From Syntrophales bacterium (lineage in GTDB: Bacteria > Desulfobacterota > Syntrophia > Syntrophales > UBA2210), in contig CAXXKT010000001.1 of NCBI GenBank assembly GCA_963662405.2, positions 256,001 through 320,000 on the forward strand: a stretch of DNA of 64,000 nt, given 5' to 3'. Under the pieces are notes generated by a model. It did not search any database. It worked only from the letters and a program-made list of their open reading frames with translations, and had not been told where the DNA came from. Of this stretch, positions 10,187 to 20,140 are shown in pieces; positions within the stretch are counted from its first letter, which is position 1, and each line of letters opens with the position of its first letter. The position numbers and the translations under genes were made by a program.

Positions 10187-10795
10187 TAACGTTCTTTGCA
10201 GAATACCCCGCGGCTTGCCGCGGGGATGAATGCATGCCTTGCCCAGGGGGTTATAAAGGGGGAGTGGAGCATCCCCCTTATCCACATAGGCCCTTGTGTG
10301 ACAATATGATATAAGATCGTCATGACAATTCAGCGAACGAGTCATGCGGTCTACGACACGAGTTATCATCTGGTATGGTGTCCGAAATACCGTAAGAAGG
10401 TTTTTGAGCGGGCGGATCTTCGGGAACGAGCGGGACAACTTATCCGAGAGATCAGCGAGGATTATGGATTTGACGTAATCGAGATGGAAATATCTATAGA
10501 GCATGTGCATTTGTTTTTGTCCTTTCCACCGAGCAGATCGATAGGAGAAGTTGTCAGAATCATTAAGAGTAAGAGTGCGCGGAGTTTGTTCCGCGAGTTC
10601 CCATGGTTGAAGAAGAAACTTTGGTCTGGGGAATTGTGGGAAGACGGGTATTTTGCGCGGACCGTCGGGGACCGTATGACTCGTGCCGTAATTGAACAGT
10701 ATGTTGCGCATCATAGAGACCTTACACAAGGGCCTGCGCAGCTTGATTTCAAGCTGCGCTAAAGATGCCCCGCGGCTTGCCGCGGGGAGCTTCAC
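10187..10795 (+). mobile_element. IS200-type element (TnpA only)
   Basis: Identical subterminal hairpins CCCCGCGGCTTGCCGCGGGG at 10206-10225 and 10768-10787. Inserted 3' of TTAT, ends in TTCAC, no target duplication. Confidence 0.9.
10322..10762 (+). CDS. tnpA: IS200/IS605 Y1 (HUH) transposase
   Basis: YHLVWCPKYR, EHVHL HUH motif, LWEDGYF, conserved Tyr in IEQYV. Confidence 0.95.
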   Translation: MTIQRTSHAVYDTSYHLVWCPKYRKKVFERADLRERAGQLIREISEDYGFDVIEMEISIEHVHLFLSFPPSRSIGEVVRIIKSKSARSLFREFPWLKKKLWSGELWEDGYFARTVGDRMTRAVIEQYVAHHRDLTQGPAQLDFKLR

Positions 10796-11243
10796 TAAAT
10801 AACGAACTTAAAAATGCAGGTTGGCATGTCCACCAGAGCAATGATTCATTTGGAGTTGGCACTTACTTCAAGAACGGAAAACCAAAAAAAACACCAAGCA
10901 TAGCCGTCAGCTACTTTGATCGAACCACAGATCATATGTGGGATTCTGAAAAGGACGAACTTGTTATTGTTGAAAGAGAGCCGACTGGTCGTGAGCGCCC
11001 ATGGCGAGTTGACAGTTGGCGATTCAAATAAGTCAAATCTTTTAAATTATTTTATTCGGCAATGGAGCAGTTCGTGGAAGAGATTAGAGCAAGTGATCCG
11101 CAACAAGCCAAAGACATGTTTACTGGACATTGACATCCCATACGCATGTGAGGCCGGTGCAGAACACATGTTTTTATGATATTCCATCGGTGCTTTGGGA
11201 TCAGGAATAAGTTGAATGATTAGAAAACACGGGAAGGGTCACA

Positions 11244-12338
11244 ATGTCAGTCAGGCAAATTGCCGAAAGTAAATTCATAATCGATTATTACCCTGACGGG
11301 CGGAAGGGGAAACGGGTTAGGAAGGTCTACACGCTCCCATCCCGCGAAATCGCGGAAACCATAGAGCGGGATCTCGTATCTCTGAACAAAAAGAGCAACC
11401 CCCTTCAGTCGTCAGACCTGGCCACCATCGATAGCCTGTTTCCGGCTTATCTTAAGTGGTTCGCAAAACACCGGGCGGCCAGCACGTTACTAGACGTTGA
11501 GAACACCTACACAAAACACATATCCCGGATCATGGGATCTGTAAAAGTGCATGACCTCAAAACCACGCATATCAGTCTATACAAGAACATCAGGGGGGCA
11601 GAAAAGGCGATCCGAGGACACAATCGGAAGGGTGCGCCCGTACAAAAAACAACCTACGTATCAAATCGCACAATCATGAAAGAGCTCTCCTATTTCTCGG
11701 GGTTCCTTCGGTGGTGTCGGAGAGAAATGGAACTTGATATCAAGCCGATCCACATTGAACAACTCCCCCACGCACGGCCGAAGCCGATAGTGCTGTCACC
11801 GGAAGAAGTGGGGGCAATCCTCAAAAGCCTCGACACGACACCGAGGGCCGTGGTTTTGCTTCTCTATACCATGGGACTCAGATTATCCGAAGCGATAGGA
11901 CTGAAGTGGGAAAACGTTGACTTTGCAAACTCAGTTTTGCGGGTAATCCAAAAAGGAGGGGAGTGGAAGGTATTACCTATGAACACGTGGGTTGTCAACT
12001 CTCTAAAGAAACTTCCACGAACGGGAGCACATGTGTTTCATAATCCAAAAACAGGAAAGCCGATATACAACATAAGAAAGCCCCTCGAAAAGGCGCGCCG
12101 GGCGGCCGGGATAGAAAAGAAAGTAAACCATCATCTCTTCAGGCACTCCATAGCTACACACCTTATGGGGCGCAATGTTCAGACCCGGCTCATTCAGGAA
12201 TACCTTGGACACGCGGAGATTGATTCAACAGATTGGTACATGCACATCAATATGAAACTCTTGGGAGATGCGACCAAGGGCGCCTTTGATTTCATGGAGA
12301 ATATCCCGGAGCTCAACGAGCAGGTGACTACACCATGA
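11244..12338 (+). CDS. int: Phage tyrosine integrase
   Basis: GLRLSE, KGG, HLFRHS, LGH, catalytic Y in STDWY. Confidence 0.93.
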   Translation: MSVRQIAESKFIIDYYPDGRKGKRVRKVYTLPSREIAETIERDLVSLNKKSNPLQSSDLATIDSLFPAYLKWFAKHRAASTLLDVENTYTKHISRIMGSVKVHDLKTTHISLYKNIRGAEKAIRGHNRKGAPVQKTTYVSNRTIMKELSYFSGFLRWCRREMELDIKPIHIEQLPHARPKPIVLSPEEVGAILKSLDTTPRAVVLLLYTMGLRLSEAIGLKWENVDFANSVLRVIQKGGEWKVLPMNTWVVNSLKKLPRTGAHVFHNPKTGKPIYNIRKPLEKARRAAGIEKKVNHHLFRHSIATHLMGRNVQTRLIQEYLGHAEIDSTDWYMHINMKLLGDATKGAFDFMENIPELNEQVTTP

Positions 12339-12413
12339 CATATATTATCAATAGGTTGCGAAGGTAAATGACTACATAAACGCAAATACACACGTATTAT
12401 CAAGCATTATTGT

Positions 12414-12462
12414 GGGATTCCTAATCCGTGTGTCGTGCGTTCGAATCGCACCGGGGGTACCA
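12414..12462 (+). other. Prophage attachment site: displaced 3' half of tRNA-Arg(CCT)
   Basis: gga-TTCCTAA-tcc anticodon loop, T-arm gtgcgTTCGAATcgcac, CCA end. No 5' half upstream. TGACTACA repeats at 12325 and 12369 may be arm sites. Confidence 0.85.
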
Positions 12463-12723
12463 TCTTCTCCCTGCGAGAGGTTCCCTTCCCCGGTTCTTAT
12501 TTTTTTCTGAACATTTCATGGAATCAGATTGGACGTTTCTTTAAAGATCCGGGCTTTCAGCGCCCGGATTCGCCCGCTTCCTCCCGGATGATCATCTCAG
12601 AAACCATCCTTCATTCAGCTGGTTGCAACTACTTTTCCCCGAATCCCCTGTATGGCACGCTTCTTTCATTACCAGAAGGCAAAAGAAACAAACAAAAGGG
12701 ACTACCAAAAGGAGGATATAATC

Positions 12724-12999
12724 ATGAAACGGACAGTGCAGACAATCATCATGGCGGCCTTCGTGGTGCTCGTCACCGCTTCCTTCGGCTATGCCGAGTA
12801 TACCGCAACCAACGCGGCGGGTTTCCCCTATTTCCATCTCGGATGCCTCATCGTCGGCGGGATGATCATCACCTCGCTCAAACACAAATACACGAAACTG
12901 TATCTCAGCGAGGCGGTCGGCTCCTTCGCGCTCTACGCCGTCCTGGTGGCCCTCTTCACGGCCCCGGTCGTGGGTGCGCTCAAGGGCATCGTCAGCTAG
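12724..12999 (+). CDS. Small membrane protein
   Basis: GGAGG RBS; hydrophobic segments. Confidence 0.7.
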   Translation: MKRTVQTIIMAAFVVLVTASFGYAEYTATNAAGFPYFHLGCLIVGGMIITSLKHKYTKLYLSEAVGSFALYAVLVALFTAPVVGALKGIVS

Positions 13000-13034
13000 A
13001 GAGGGTAAGCATATACGAAAGGAGGACACGAACA

Positions 13035-13295
13035 ATGATCGCCACACATCACCACCATAGTGCGATAAACTGGAGATCGAACCTGACTCAGATATTGCAG
13101 ATCAGCGTATGGGGGTTCGTGATCGTCGCTTCTTCGTTTCTGTTCCTCTACGTGGGCCGCTGGATCGACACCCGGTTCAATACCGAACCCGGCTTCATGT
13201 TCGGGCTTTTCTTTCTCGCCGTCGGTCTGTGCATCTGGAGGCTCTACGGAGAGGCCAAGCTCACCATGGAGCGGCAGAAGAAGGAACGATGGTAA
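13035..13295 (+). CDS. AtpZ/AtpI-like (ATPase gene 1) membrane protein
   Basis: GRWIDTRFNTEPGFMFGLFFLAVG motif; GGAGG RBS. Confidence 0.75.
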   Translation: MIATHHHHSAINWRSNLTQILQISVWGFVIVASSFLFLYVGRWIDTRFNTEPGFMFGLFFLAVGLCIWRLYGEAKLTMERQKKERW

Positions 13296-13314
13296 CTCTA
13301 TAAACACCGTAACC

Positions 13315-13356
13315 GCGCAAGGAAGCCCCCGTCCAAAAGGCGGGGGCTTCCTTGCG
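13315..13356. terminator. GC-rich hairpin, probable terminator
   Basis: cgcaaggaagccccc...gggggcttccttgcg inverted repeat. Confidence 0.65.
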
Positions 13357-13478
13357 TCTGAATACCGTCTTGACTCATGTCAATCGGGGGAAACAATTTG
13401 CAACGACTCATCGAGTATGCTACTAGTTTTCGGCAACTGATTCAGCATGACATACTACTCCACCCGGTACCGAGCACC

Positions 13479-13907
13479 ATGAAAAATGCCGTTCGAACCA
13501 TCTGCATAGCCGTATCATTCATCTCATTTCTCTGTCTCTTCTGTTGCCAGGCCACGGCTGGCGATCGGATTATTGAAAAAATATGGTTTGAAAAGTCTTC
13601 CCTCACCGAAGAGAAGATCTTCTTCAAGCTGGGTGAGTATGGTCCTCCCCATGTCTTCGGATTGGAAGGTGAACGAAAGCGCCTGGTATGTGACTTTTTC
13701 AACACGAAGCTTGCGAAGGATATCCCCCGTACCCTTCCGGCGAACGGCGATCTGGTCCTTCGCGTTCGGATTGGGGTTCATACCGCTCCGGAGCAAAAGA
13801 CACGGGTCGTTCTCGACCTGGCATCTATCGGAAGAAACTATACGATACTTCAGCACTTTTATGAAGACAACCTGTTCGTTATCACCGTGCTGCTCAAATC
13901 GGGATAG
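13479..13907 (+). CDS. AMIN-domain exported protein; its last codons now lie in the intron 3' end
   Basis: Signal peptide; RLVCDF and RVRIG...TRVVLDL. Confidence 0.8.
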   Translation: MKNAVRTICIAVSFISFLCLFCCQATAGDRIIEKIWFEKSSLTEEKIFFKLGEYGPPHVFGLEGERKRLVCDFFNTKLAKDIPRTLPANGDLVLRVRIGVHTAPEQKTRVVLDLASIGRNYTILQHFYEDNLFVITVLLKSG

Positions 13908-15777
13908 GGGAAGGCCTCACGGCCTTCCCCTCCCACACCACCGGGCATACGGGTCCGTACACGGCGGTTCATGTAGTCTTGCCCAATGTTTGAGCCTGAC
14001 CCCAGAGTCCAAGAAAACCCCGTTCGGCAAAAAACCGATTGGACAAAGCAATCTTCAGCGGTTTCATGTTGGACAACGCCCAAGGTCCTTTGCTTGACCC
14101 TGCCGCGATACGCGCCTGATCTTTCCCTACTCCCAGATGGATCAGGTTCTTATAACGGGTATGGCAGTTGTTTACCCATTGTTTGACCATGAAACACCGC
14201 AACCTCCTGCGCATCCAACTATCCAGATCCCGCAGAATCGTCCACGTCTCGATCAGATGAAAATACCCGATCCATCCTCTCAAATACGTCTGGAGTTCCT
14301 CGATTATCCGGTTGATGGAGACGCGCCGAGATCGCCTCGTGATCGCCCGGACTCGGTCCCGGAAGTTCCTCAGGGCCTTGCCCGTCAGCTTGATCTTGAG
14401 GAGTTTCCCGGAGGTAAAGCCGAATCCTAAGAATCCCCGCTCATGGTATCGGGCTACCGCACTCTTGTCCCGGTTCACCCGAAGCTTCAACCGCTTGAGC
14501 AAAAATGCCTCAATGGATTCAAACACCCTCTTCCCGGCGCGCTGAGACTTGACATAGATGTTCACATCGTCCGCATACCGGCAGAATCGGTGACCCCTCC
14601 GTTCCAACTCCTTGTCCAGTGCGTCCAGAAGAATGTTGCCCAGCAGCGGCGATAAGGGTCCGCCCTGCGGCGTCCCTTCCCACCTTTCCTGTACGGCCCC
14701 ATTGACCATGATCCCGGCCTGCACATACCGACGAATAACCCGGAGAATGCGCTTGTCACCGATCCTCTTGGCCAGTCTCCCCATGAGGATGTCATGGTTC
14801 ACCCGGTCAAAAAACTTCTCCAGGTCAATATCGACCACCCATTCGTATCCTTCAGATATGCATCTCTTCGCTCGGTTCACCGCCTGATGAGCACGGCGAC
14901 GAGGACGAAAGCCATAACTGTAGTCCGAAAAGGTCGGATCATACAGGGGATCGAGCACCTGCAAAATTGCCTGCTGGATAAATCGATCCGTCACCGTGGG
15001 GATACCAAGCCGTCTGGTCCCGCCTCCCGGCTTCGGAATCACTACTTCTTTCACCAGTTGGGGGCGATACTCCCCTGTCAACAACTCCTCCCGAATCCGC
15101 GGCCAGTGTTCCCGCAGGTAATCCGTCAGTTCATCGACGGTCATCCCGTCAATGCCGGGGCTCCCCTTGTTCGCCCTGACTCGTTTCCATGCGCGAATCA
15201 CGTTCTCCCTGTTCACTACCTCCTGCATCAGGTCAACCATGATGGGTTCGGATCTCTCCAATGCCGCCGCCGCTTGATACCTCCTCCCATCTCTCCTCGG
15301 GGCTTCACCCTTCAAACATGACAGAAGGCCTTCATCGAATAATGAAAGTTGCCGCATCTCCACGACCACGAATCCTTGAGTCTCACCACCGACCACACGT
15401 TCGGCCCTTCAGCCCGGCTTGCGCCACACCTAATACGGCCTCTGCTGACTTCTGGAAACCGTTCAGAGTCCCTTGCGAAACCCCTTGTCGTCTCCGACAG
15501 GTTCCCAGACCTCCCCGGGTAAGAACAGCCGCCTTCACCCCGCATCCGCCGCATTTACTGCATCACCGTTTGATGGCTACGGGCTTCGCCTTCTCACGTA
15601 AGCTCGCCCCAATGATACAGCCTGATATGCGATTCGTGTTCCTCGGATCGGGATTTTGCCTCCGGCTTCCTTCAGACCCCACCTCGCGATGGACGCCCTT
15701 GCCCTCGGCTAACAGTTTCCACCATCAGGACCTGTAGAGGACTCTCACCTCCAAGCTGCTGCCCATGCCGGGCACAC
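13898..15777 (-). mobile_element. Group IIC intron, full length
   Basis: 5' GTGTGCCCGGCATGGG at 15777. Domain V GAACCGCCGTGTACGGACCCGTATGCCCGGTGGTGT (CGC triad). Domain VI ends CCCGAT at 13898. Confidence 0.93.
13969..15240 (-). CDS. ltrA: Group II intron reverse transcriptase/maturase without endonuclease domain (start may be 15357)
   Basis: NKGSPGIDG, RRLGIPTVTDR, GTPQGGPLSP, RYADD. Confidence 0.95.
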   Translation of the reverse strand: MVDLMQEVVNRENVIRAWKRVRANKGSPGIDGMTVDELTDYLREHWPRIREELLTGEYRPQLVKEVVIPKPGGGTRRLGIPTVTDRFIQQAILQVLDPLYDPTFSDYSYGFRPRRRAHQAVNRAKRCISEGYEWVVDIDLEKFFDRVNHDILMGRLAKRIGDKRILRVIRRYVQAGIMVNGAVQERWEGTPQGGPLSPLLGNILLDALDKELERRGHRFCRYADDVNIYVKSQRAGKRVFESIEAFLLKRLKLRVNRDKSAVARYHERGFLGFGFTSGKLLKIKLTGKALRNFRDRVRAITRRSRRVSINRIIEELQTYLRGWIGYFHLIETWTILRDLDSWMRRRLRCFMVKQWVNNCHTRYKNLIHLGVGKDQARIAAGSSKGPWALSNMKPLKIALSNRFFAERGFLGLWGQAQTLGKTT

Positions 15778-15825
15778 GTGAAACTCCCCGCGGCAAGCCG
15801 CGGGGCAATCCTGCAAAAAATGGTA
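15778..15825 (-). mobile_element. 48-bp miniature IS200 derivative (PATE/REP-like)
   Basis: Minus strand reads TTAC|taccattttttgcaggattgCCCCGCGGCTTGCCGCGGGGagtttcac: left-end flank, the same hairpin and right-end flank as the IS at 10187-10795. Confidence 0.8.
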
Positions 15826-15919
15826 GTAACGGGGATTGCTCTGACGGTCCAACCGATAACTTCCCGTGATACCGTCGAAACGCCTCACAGACAATTGATC
15901 CGTCCCGAACGGACCGCCT

Positions 15920-16795
15920 TCATAAGGCCGTATGTGCCGTCCTGAGTATCTCCGTTATCTCAGCTCCGAAGGCCTTGACTTTATCAGCGGGGAGTATGCC
16001 GGTTTCATTCAGCGATTCAATGGTATATGCGTCTTGTTTTGAAAGGTCAACGATGGACCGGTCCGATAGTACAAGGAAGGGGGCACGGTTCGTCTTCTTT
16101 GCCGTTTCAAAACGCCAGCGGTATAATCTCTTCAGACGCATCTTCTCGCATTCTTCCAAATCGTCAAAACCCTCTATCGTGAAAAATCCCTTGGGCTTAA
16201 AGGTCTTCTCGTGCCATTTGACATCCGTCATCTTGTCGAAAAGCTCCCCTGCTATCTCTTCCAGATCGGCATACCGCAACCTCTCCTTGAGGCGGACATA
16301 GAGATCGATCAGATACCGTGTATCGAGGGCGGCATAATCCAGCTGTTCGTCCGCCAGGGGACGGATGTCCCACCGCGAGCGCTGAATCTTCTTCGATTTT
16401 TCCAGCTCCACCCCCAGATAGTCCCGGATAATGGATTTGAGAGAAAGGCTGGGGGCCTCCAGCGTACAGCCTGCCCGGTAGGTGTCGAATATATTGGTAA
16501 ACTCAAAATCATAGTCCCGGTTGAGGAGACGTATGTCGTTGTCGCAGGCATGCAGGATCTTGACGGTTGTCGGATCCGCGAAGACCTCCCCAAGAAACGA
16601 GATGTCGAGGTCCAAGAGCGGGTCGAAGATGTACACTTGTGATATGGTTGATATCTGTATCAGGCACAGTTTCTCCCTGAAATATCGAAAAGAATCGTAT
16701 TCGGTATCCAGGCCGATCTGTCGGGCGCCCCGGATGTCGTGTTGCGCCGCTTCACGTTTCCGGATGTTATCGACGAATATCCACTCGCTGTTCAT
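15920..16795 (-). CDS. rnd: Ribonuclease D-like 3'-5' exonuclease with HRDC domain
   Basis: GLDTEY, LCLIQI, KILHA, FDT, YAALD. Confidence 0.88.
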   Translation of the reverse strand: MNSEWIFVDNIRKREAAQHDIRGARQIGLDTEYDSFRYFREKLCLIQISTISQVYIFDPLLDLDISFLGEVFADPTTVKILHACDNDIRLLNRDYDFEFTNIFDTYRAGCTLEAPSLSLKSIIRDYLGVELEKSKKIQRSRWDIRPLADEQLDYAALDTRYLIDLYVRLKERLRYADLEEIAGELFDKMTDVKWHEKTFKPKGFFTIEGFDDLEECEKMRLKRLYRWRFETAKKTNRAPFLVLSDRSIVDLSKQDAYTIESLNETGILPADKVKAFGAEITEILRTAHTAL

Positions 16796-16799
16796 GCTA

Positions 16800-18176
16800 T
16801 CATTCCTGTCCGGTCCTGTACAACCAGTTATAAATATGACTTCCGGCAAAAAGGAGGATCGCCGAAAGGGGAATCGTGTAAAGAAGCAGCATATCGCGTC
16901 CCGAGAGCTTCAATATGAGTCCCGAAACGCCTCCTCCTATAACCGCAACAATCGCCCCTGCGGCATTCAGTCTGAGTCGGCCGGCATAAAATCCCAACAG
17001 GATAGGGATAACCAATCCCGCTGAGTACACGGTATATCCCAGGAGGAGCGAGGCAATGACCCCCTGAAGCTTCAACGCGATAATGAGGGATGCAATCCCT
17101 GTGAAAATAACGCATACGCGAGAGATGCCAAGAAGGTTTTTTTCTTTGATCTTAAGCGAAGGTGCAAGGATATCCGCCGTCACGATGGTACCGGTCGTGA
17201 GCAGGCACGTATCCGCCGAGGACATGACCGCCGCAAGGAGGGCCATAATGACAATACCGCTCAGGCCTATCGGCACGGTCTCCATGACGAGAGCCGGCAA
17301 GGCACTCTCCGGCTGGATATCCGGCATCAGAACCCGTGCGGCAATCCCCGCGACTGTTATGAGAAAGGCCATGGGAACCATGACGGAGGCAGTTAAAACG
17401 AGAGACCTCCTGGCGACCCGCAGGTCCCGCGAGCAGAAGATCCGGGAGTATATATCCGGTCCGACAAGAAAGGTCGCGCCGACAAAGAAGAGGAAGGACA
17501 GAAGATCGCCCCACCCAAAATCAGGGGTCGTTGGGAACGAGAAGTGGGTCGCAGGAAGCTTCGACACCATCCCCGCGAATCCACCCGCAGCCGCTATGCC
17601 GACGATGCTGCAGATGGTTACGCCTATGACGATCAGGACCGCCTGTATCAGATCGGTACGCAAGATGGAATACTGGCCGCCGAGAAGGGTGTAGGTGGTG
17701 AACACACACCCGGCAATAATCATCAGAAGAGAGGACTGTCCCGGCCAGAGGACAGACAGGATCTTCCCCGCCGCGATGATCTGCGCTGCTATGATTCCCA
17801 GCCAGGCACCGGCGATCAAGATGGAGGCGATGATCCTGATCGAATGCCCCCCGTACTGCTTCTCGAGAATCTCCGGGAGTGTGTATACCTCATATCCCCT
17901 CACCCGTTCGGCAAACCAAACGGAAAGGACCAGAAGCCCGATTGCTCCCACGAGCATCCACCAAGCCCCCACCAACCCCCTGGAGTAACCCAAGCCGGCG
18001 ATCCCGACGGTACCCGATCCCCCGATGATCGTGGCAAGAAGTGACCCCGCTACCGCCGGAGTGGCAGCTCTGCGATCGGCAACAAAATAACTCGAGATAT
18101 TTTTTATTTTCTTGAAGCTGAGGATACCGACCAGGATCATTCCCACGAAGAAGGCTCCCGCTATTATGTGATCCAT
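16800..18176 (-). CDS. Sodium:solute symporter family protein
   Basis: YFVADR, YTLLGG..S..RTDLIQ, LAAVMSSADT; many TM helices. Confidence 0.9.
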   Translation of the reverse strand: MDHIIAGAFFVGMILVGILSFKKIKNISSYFVADRRAATPAVAGSLLATIIGGSGTVGIAGLGYSRGLVGAWWMLVGAIGLLVLSVWFAERVRGYEVYTLPEILEKQYGGHSIRIIASILIAGAWLGIIAAQIIAAGKILSVLWPGQSSLLMIIAGCVFTTYTLLGGQYSILRTDLIQAVLIVIGVTICSIVGIAAAGGFAGMVSKLPATHFSFPTTPDFGWGDLLSFLFFVGATFLVGPDIYSRIFCSRDLRVARRSLVLTASVMVPMAFLITVAGIAARVLMPDIQPESALPALVMETVPIGLSGIVIMALLAAVMSSADTCLLTTGTIVTADILAPSLKIKEKNLLGISRVCVIFTGIASLIIALKLQGVIASLLLGYTVYSAGLVIPILLGFYAGRLRLNAAGAIVAVIGGGVSGLILKLSGRDMLLLYTIPLSAILLFAGSHIYNWLYRTGQE

Positions 18177-18354
18177 AGATCTCTTTTCCGTCGCATACAC
18201 ACCGAAAATATCGTGCACTCATATCATATTTCAACCGTCGTGAAAAGTCTCGCCCGGGAATAGCTCTCTCCGCGATGGATTCGCCTCCTTGACAAAACGG
18301 TAACCGTCCTTATTTTATGAACAAAGAGAAAGATCACGCAAGGAGGTGGATGTC

Positions 18355-18789
18355 ATGAAAGATGTACGTAGCTTGATTCCGAGGACAAGCTTGATCCCGG
18401 GGGGGCGCGATTTCTTCGATCGATTTTTCGAAGATGAGTTTCTGCCGCTGCGCGGGGAAAAAAACTGGGCTCCGGCCTTCGACATCTCGGAAAATGAGAA
18501 AGAATATATGGTGAGCGCGGAGCTGCCCGGCATCGATGAAAAAGATTTGGATATCACCATCACGGGCGGCATGTTGAGTGTAAAGGGAGAAAAAAAGAAG
18601 GAAAAAGAGGAAAAAGGTGAGACCTACCATCGCATCGAGAGGTCTTATGGTTCCTTCAGCAGGAGCTTCAGAATCCCCGACGCGGTCCAGGAGGACAAGG
18701 TGGGTGCGACTTACAAGGACGGCATCCTCAAGCTGATCCTCCCCAAGGCTAAAGAGAGCACGGTCAAGAAAATCACCATCAAGAAGTGA
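18355..18789 (+). CDS. Hsp20 small heat-shock protein
   Basis: WAPAFDI, AELPG, ERSYGSFSR, YKDGIL...LPK. Confidence 0.93.
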   Translation: MKDVRSLIPRTSLIPGGRDFFDRFFEDEFLPLRGEKNWAPAFDISENEKEYMVSAELPGIDEKDLDITITGGMLSVKGEKKKEKEEKGETYHRIERSYGSFSRSFRIPDAVQEDKVGATYKDGILKLILPKAKESTVKKITIKK

Positions 18790-19094
18790 ATGCCGTGCCT
18801 GTGGTCGACCACGATAGGCCGTCGGAAGGTGTACCGCCTTCCGACGGTTTTTTTATTTCCATTGCTCTCCTGCCGGAGTACCTGCCCGGACATCTCCACC
18901 AAAAAGCTCGGGGATACCTTGACGGTTCCGGCCTTCGATCAGAAACGGGGGGCTTGCCGGCTCAATCTGCTATCCCGGCCCGGTGAAGGAACAATCCGGG
19001 GGCGGAGGACCCTTTTCACCGTTGACTTTCCTCCTTTTTTGTCCTAGGGTGCACGAGAAACCAAAAAAGAACCATCAGGGAAAGGGACAACAGC

Positions 19095-19649
19095 ATGGCA
19101 TTACCGGAAGACCGCCTTGACAGGGTCCGATTTATCTCCCGATTATATGAGCTTGTCAACTCCCTCACCGAAGATCAGCAAATATCACTATTACAGAAGA
19201 TGTTCCACGATGATCTGCCGGACCACATCTTCAAGATGATCATGGATATGTCTGAAGCGAAGCAGCTGCTCGTCACCAATCAACTTGAAGAGATGTTACT
19301 GGAGCAGAGTCTCTGGGATGAAAAGGTGACCGTCGTTGATATCGATCCACGGCGGGGATCGAGGAAACCCTGTGTTATCATGGTGGACTTTTCGTCCGAT
19401 GAGCTCTCCGCCCAGGAATACATCCGTGATATCAGTGTCGGCGGGGCATTCATCAAGACCGATCAGCCGCTCGTTATCGGACAGGAAGTGGCCCTGTCTT
19501 TTTCGGTTCCCAATATTGACCATTCCCTTGATTTGACGGGCAAGGTTGTACGGTGCAACGGTGAGGGGATCGGTGTCAAATTCACCAATCTGACGAAACG
19601 GCAACAAGATATGATCATGTCCATCATCGAAACTATGGATGAGTCATAA
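19095..19649 (+). CDS. PilZ-domain protein
   Basis: RRGSR and DISVGG c-di-GMP-binding motifs. Confidence 0.88.
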   Translation: MALPEDRLDRVRFISRLYELVNSLTEDQQISLLQKMFHDDLPDHIFKMIMDMSEAKQLLVTNQLEEMLLEQSLWDEKVTVVDIDPRRGSRKPCVIMVDFSSDELSAQEYIRDISVGGAFIKTDQPLVIGQEVALSFSVPNIDHSLDLTGKVVRCNGEGIGVKFTNLTKRQQDMIMSIIETMDES

Positions 19650-20140
19650 GTGCCGCTTCGGTAACCCCGTCACTTCAGCACACCATTCCGGGCAGCTTTC
19701 TTGCGACAGATCCACGCAATATGCACGCCCCGGCGAGAAAGAACGGAACACTCATTTCTCTAAGAGGGGAACGGTAAACGTGCGAGCGAGATGTATGTGT
19801 ATAAGCTTCCATCTCGGAAGCTCCACCTCCATGGGGGACCGGCTTACCGCCTACAGTGATCAGTCCCTTGTGAGTCGAACGAGACTCAGGCATCCAATAA
19901 GCAACCATACCTTCATTCAACTAATCGATTAAAGGCTTCCTCGCCCCCCACCCTTTTGCAGGTAAAATTCGTGAATTGCGAAAACCGCACTAATCAGACC
20001 AAAAAGGCCTCTCAATACATAGGATATTTTAAAACAAAATCGGCGGCTTTTGGCCTTTTAATACATTTCTCGTATTGACTTTGGCGGTCTGTCTATGGCA
20101 GCGTATCTGCGACATATCCTTAAAACATGCAGGGGAATCG

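Larger units (their letters stand above)
9793..11133 (+). pseudogene. Zinc-ribbon protein with a possible WYL-like segment, interrupted by IS200 and an in-frame stop
   Basis: CPEC...CPHCG. Removing 10187-10795 rejoins the frame (EYADLLNNELKNAG). The frame stays open past TAA 11029-11031 to TGA 11131-11133. Confidence 0.65.
1..12462. mobile_element. Temperate prophage, right-hand (replication/immunity/integration) portion; continues left of the window
   Basis: Leftward early operon (primase-helicase, MTase, DUF5131, small ORFs), divergent HTH pair, tyrosine integrase and an adjacent tRNA 3' fragment. Confidence 0.9.

Noticed and set aside
11244..12338. Integrase as the IntI serving the attC arrays
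   Set aside because: It is phage-type, sits beside a tRNA att site, and shows no evident IntI-specific insertion before the HxxRH motif
12414..12462. Functional tRNA gene
   Set aside because: The acceptor 5' strand and D-arm are missing
12435..13034. N-terminal part of the 286-aa ORF
   Set aside because: It overlaps the tRNA fragment and a better-supported gene; the real start is probably 13035
13969..15396. RT as a retron, DGR or defence RT
   Set aside because: It is enclosed by complete IIC intron ends and domain V/VI, and no TR/VR pair was seen
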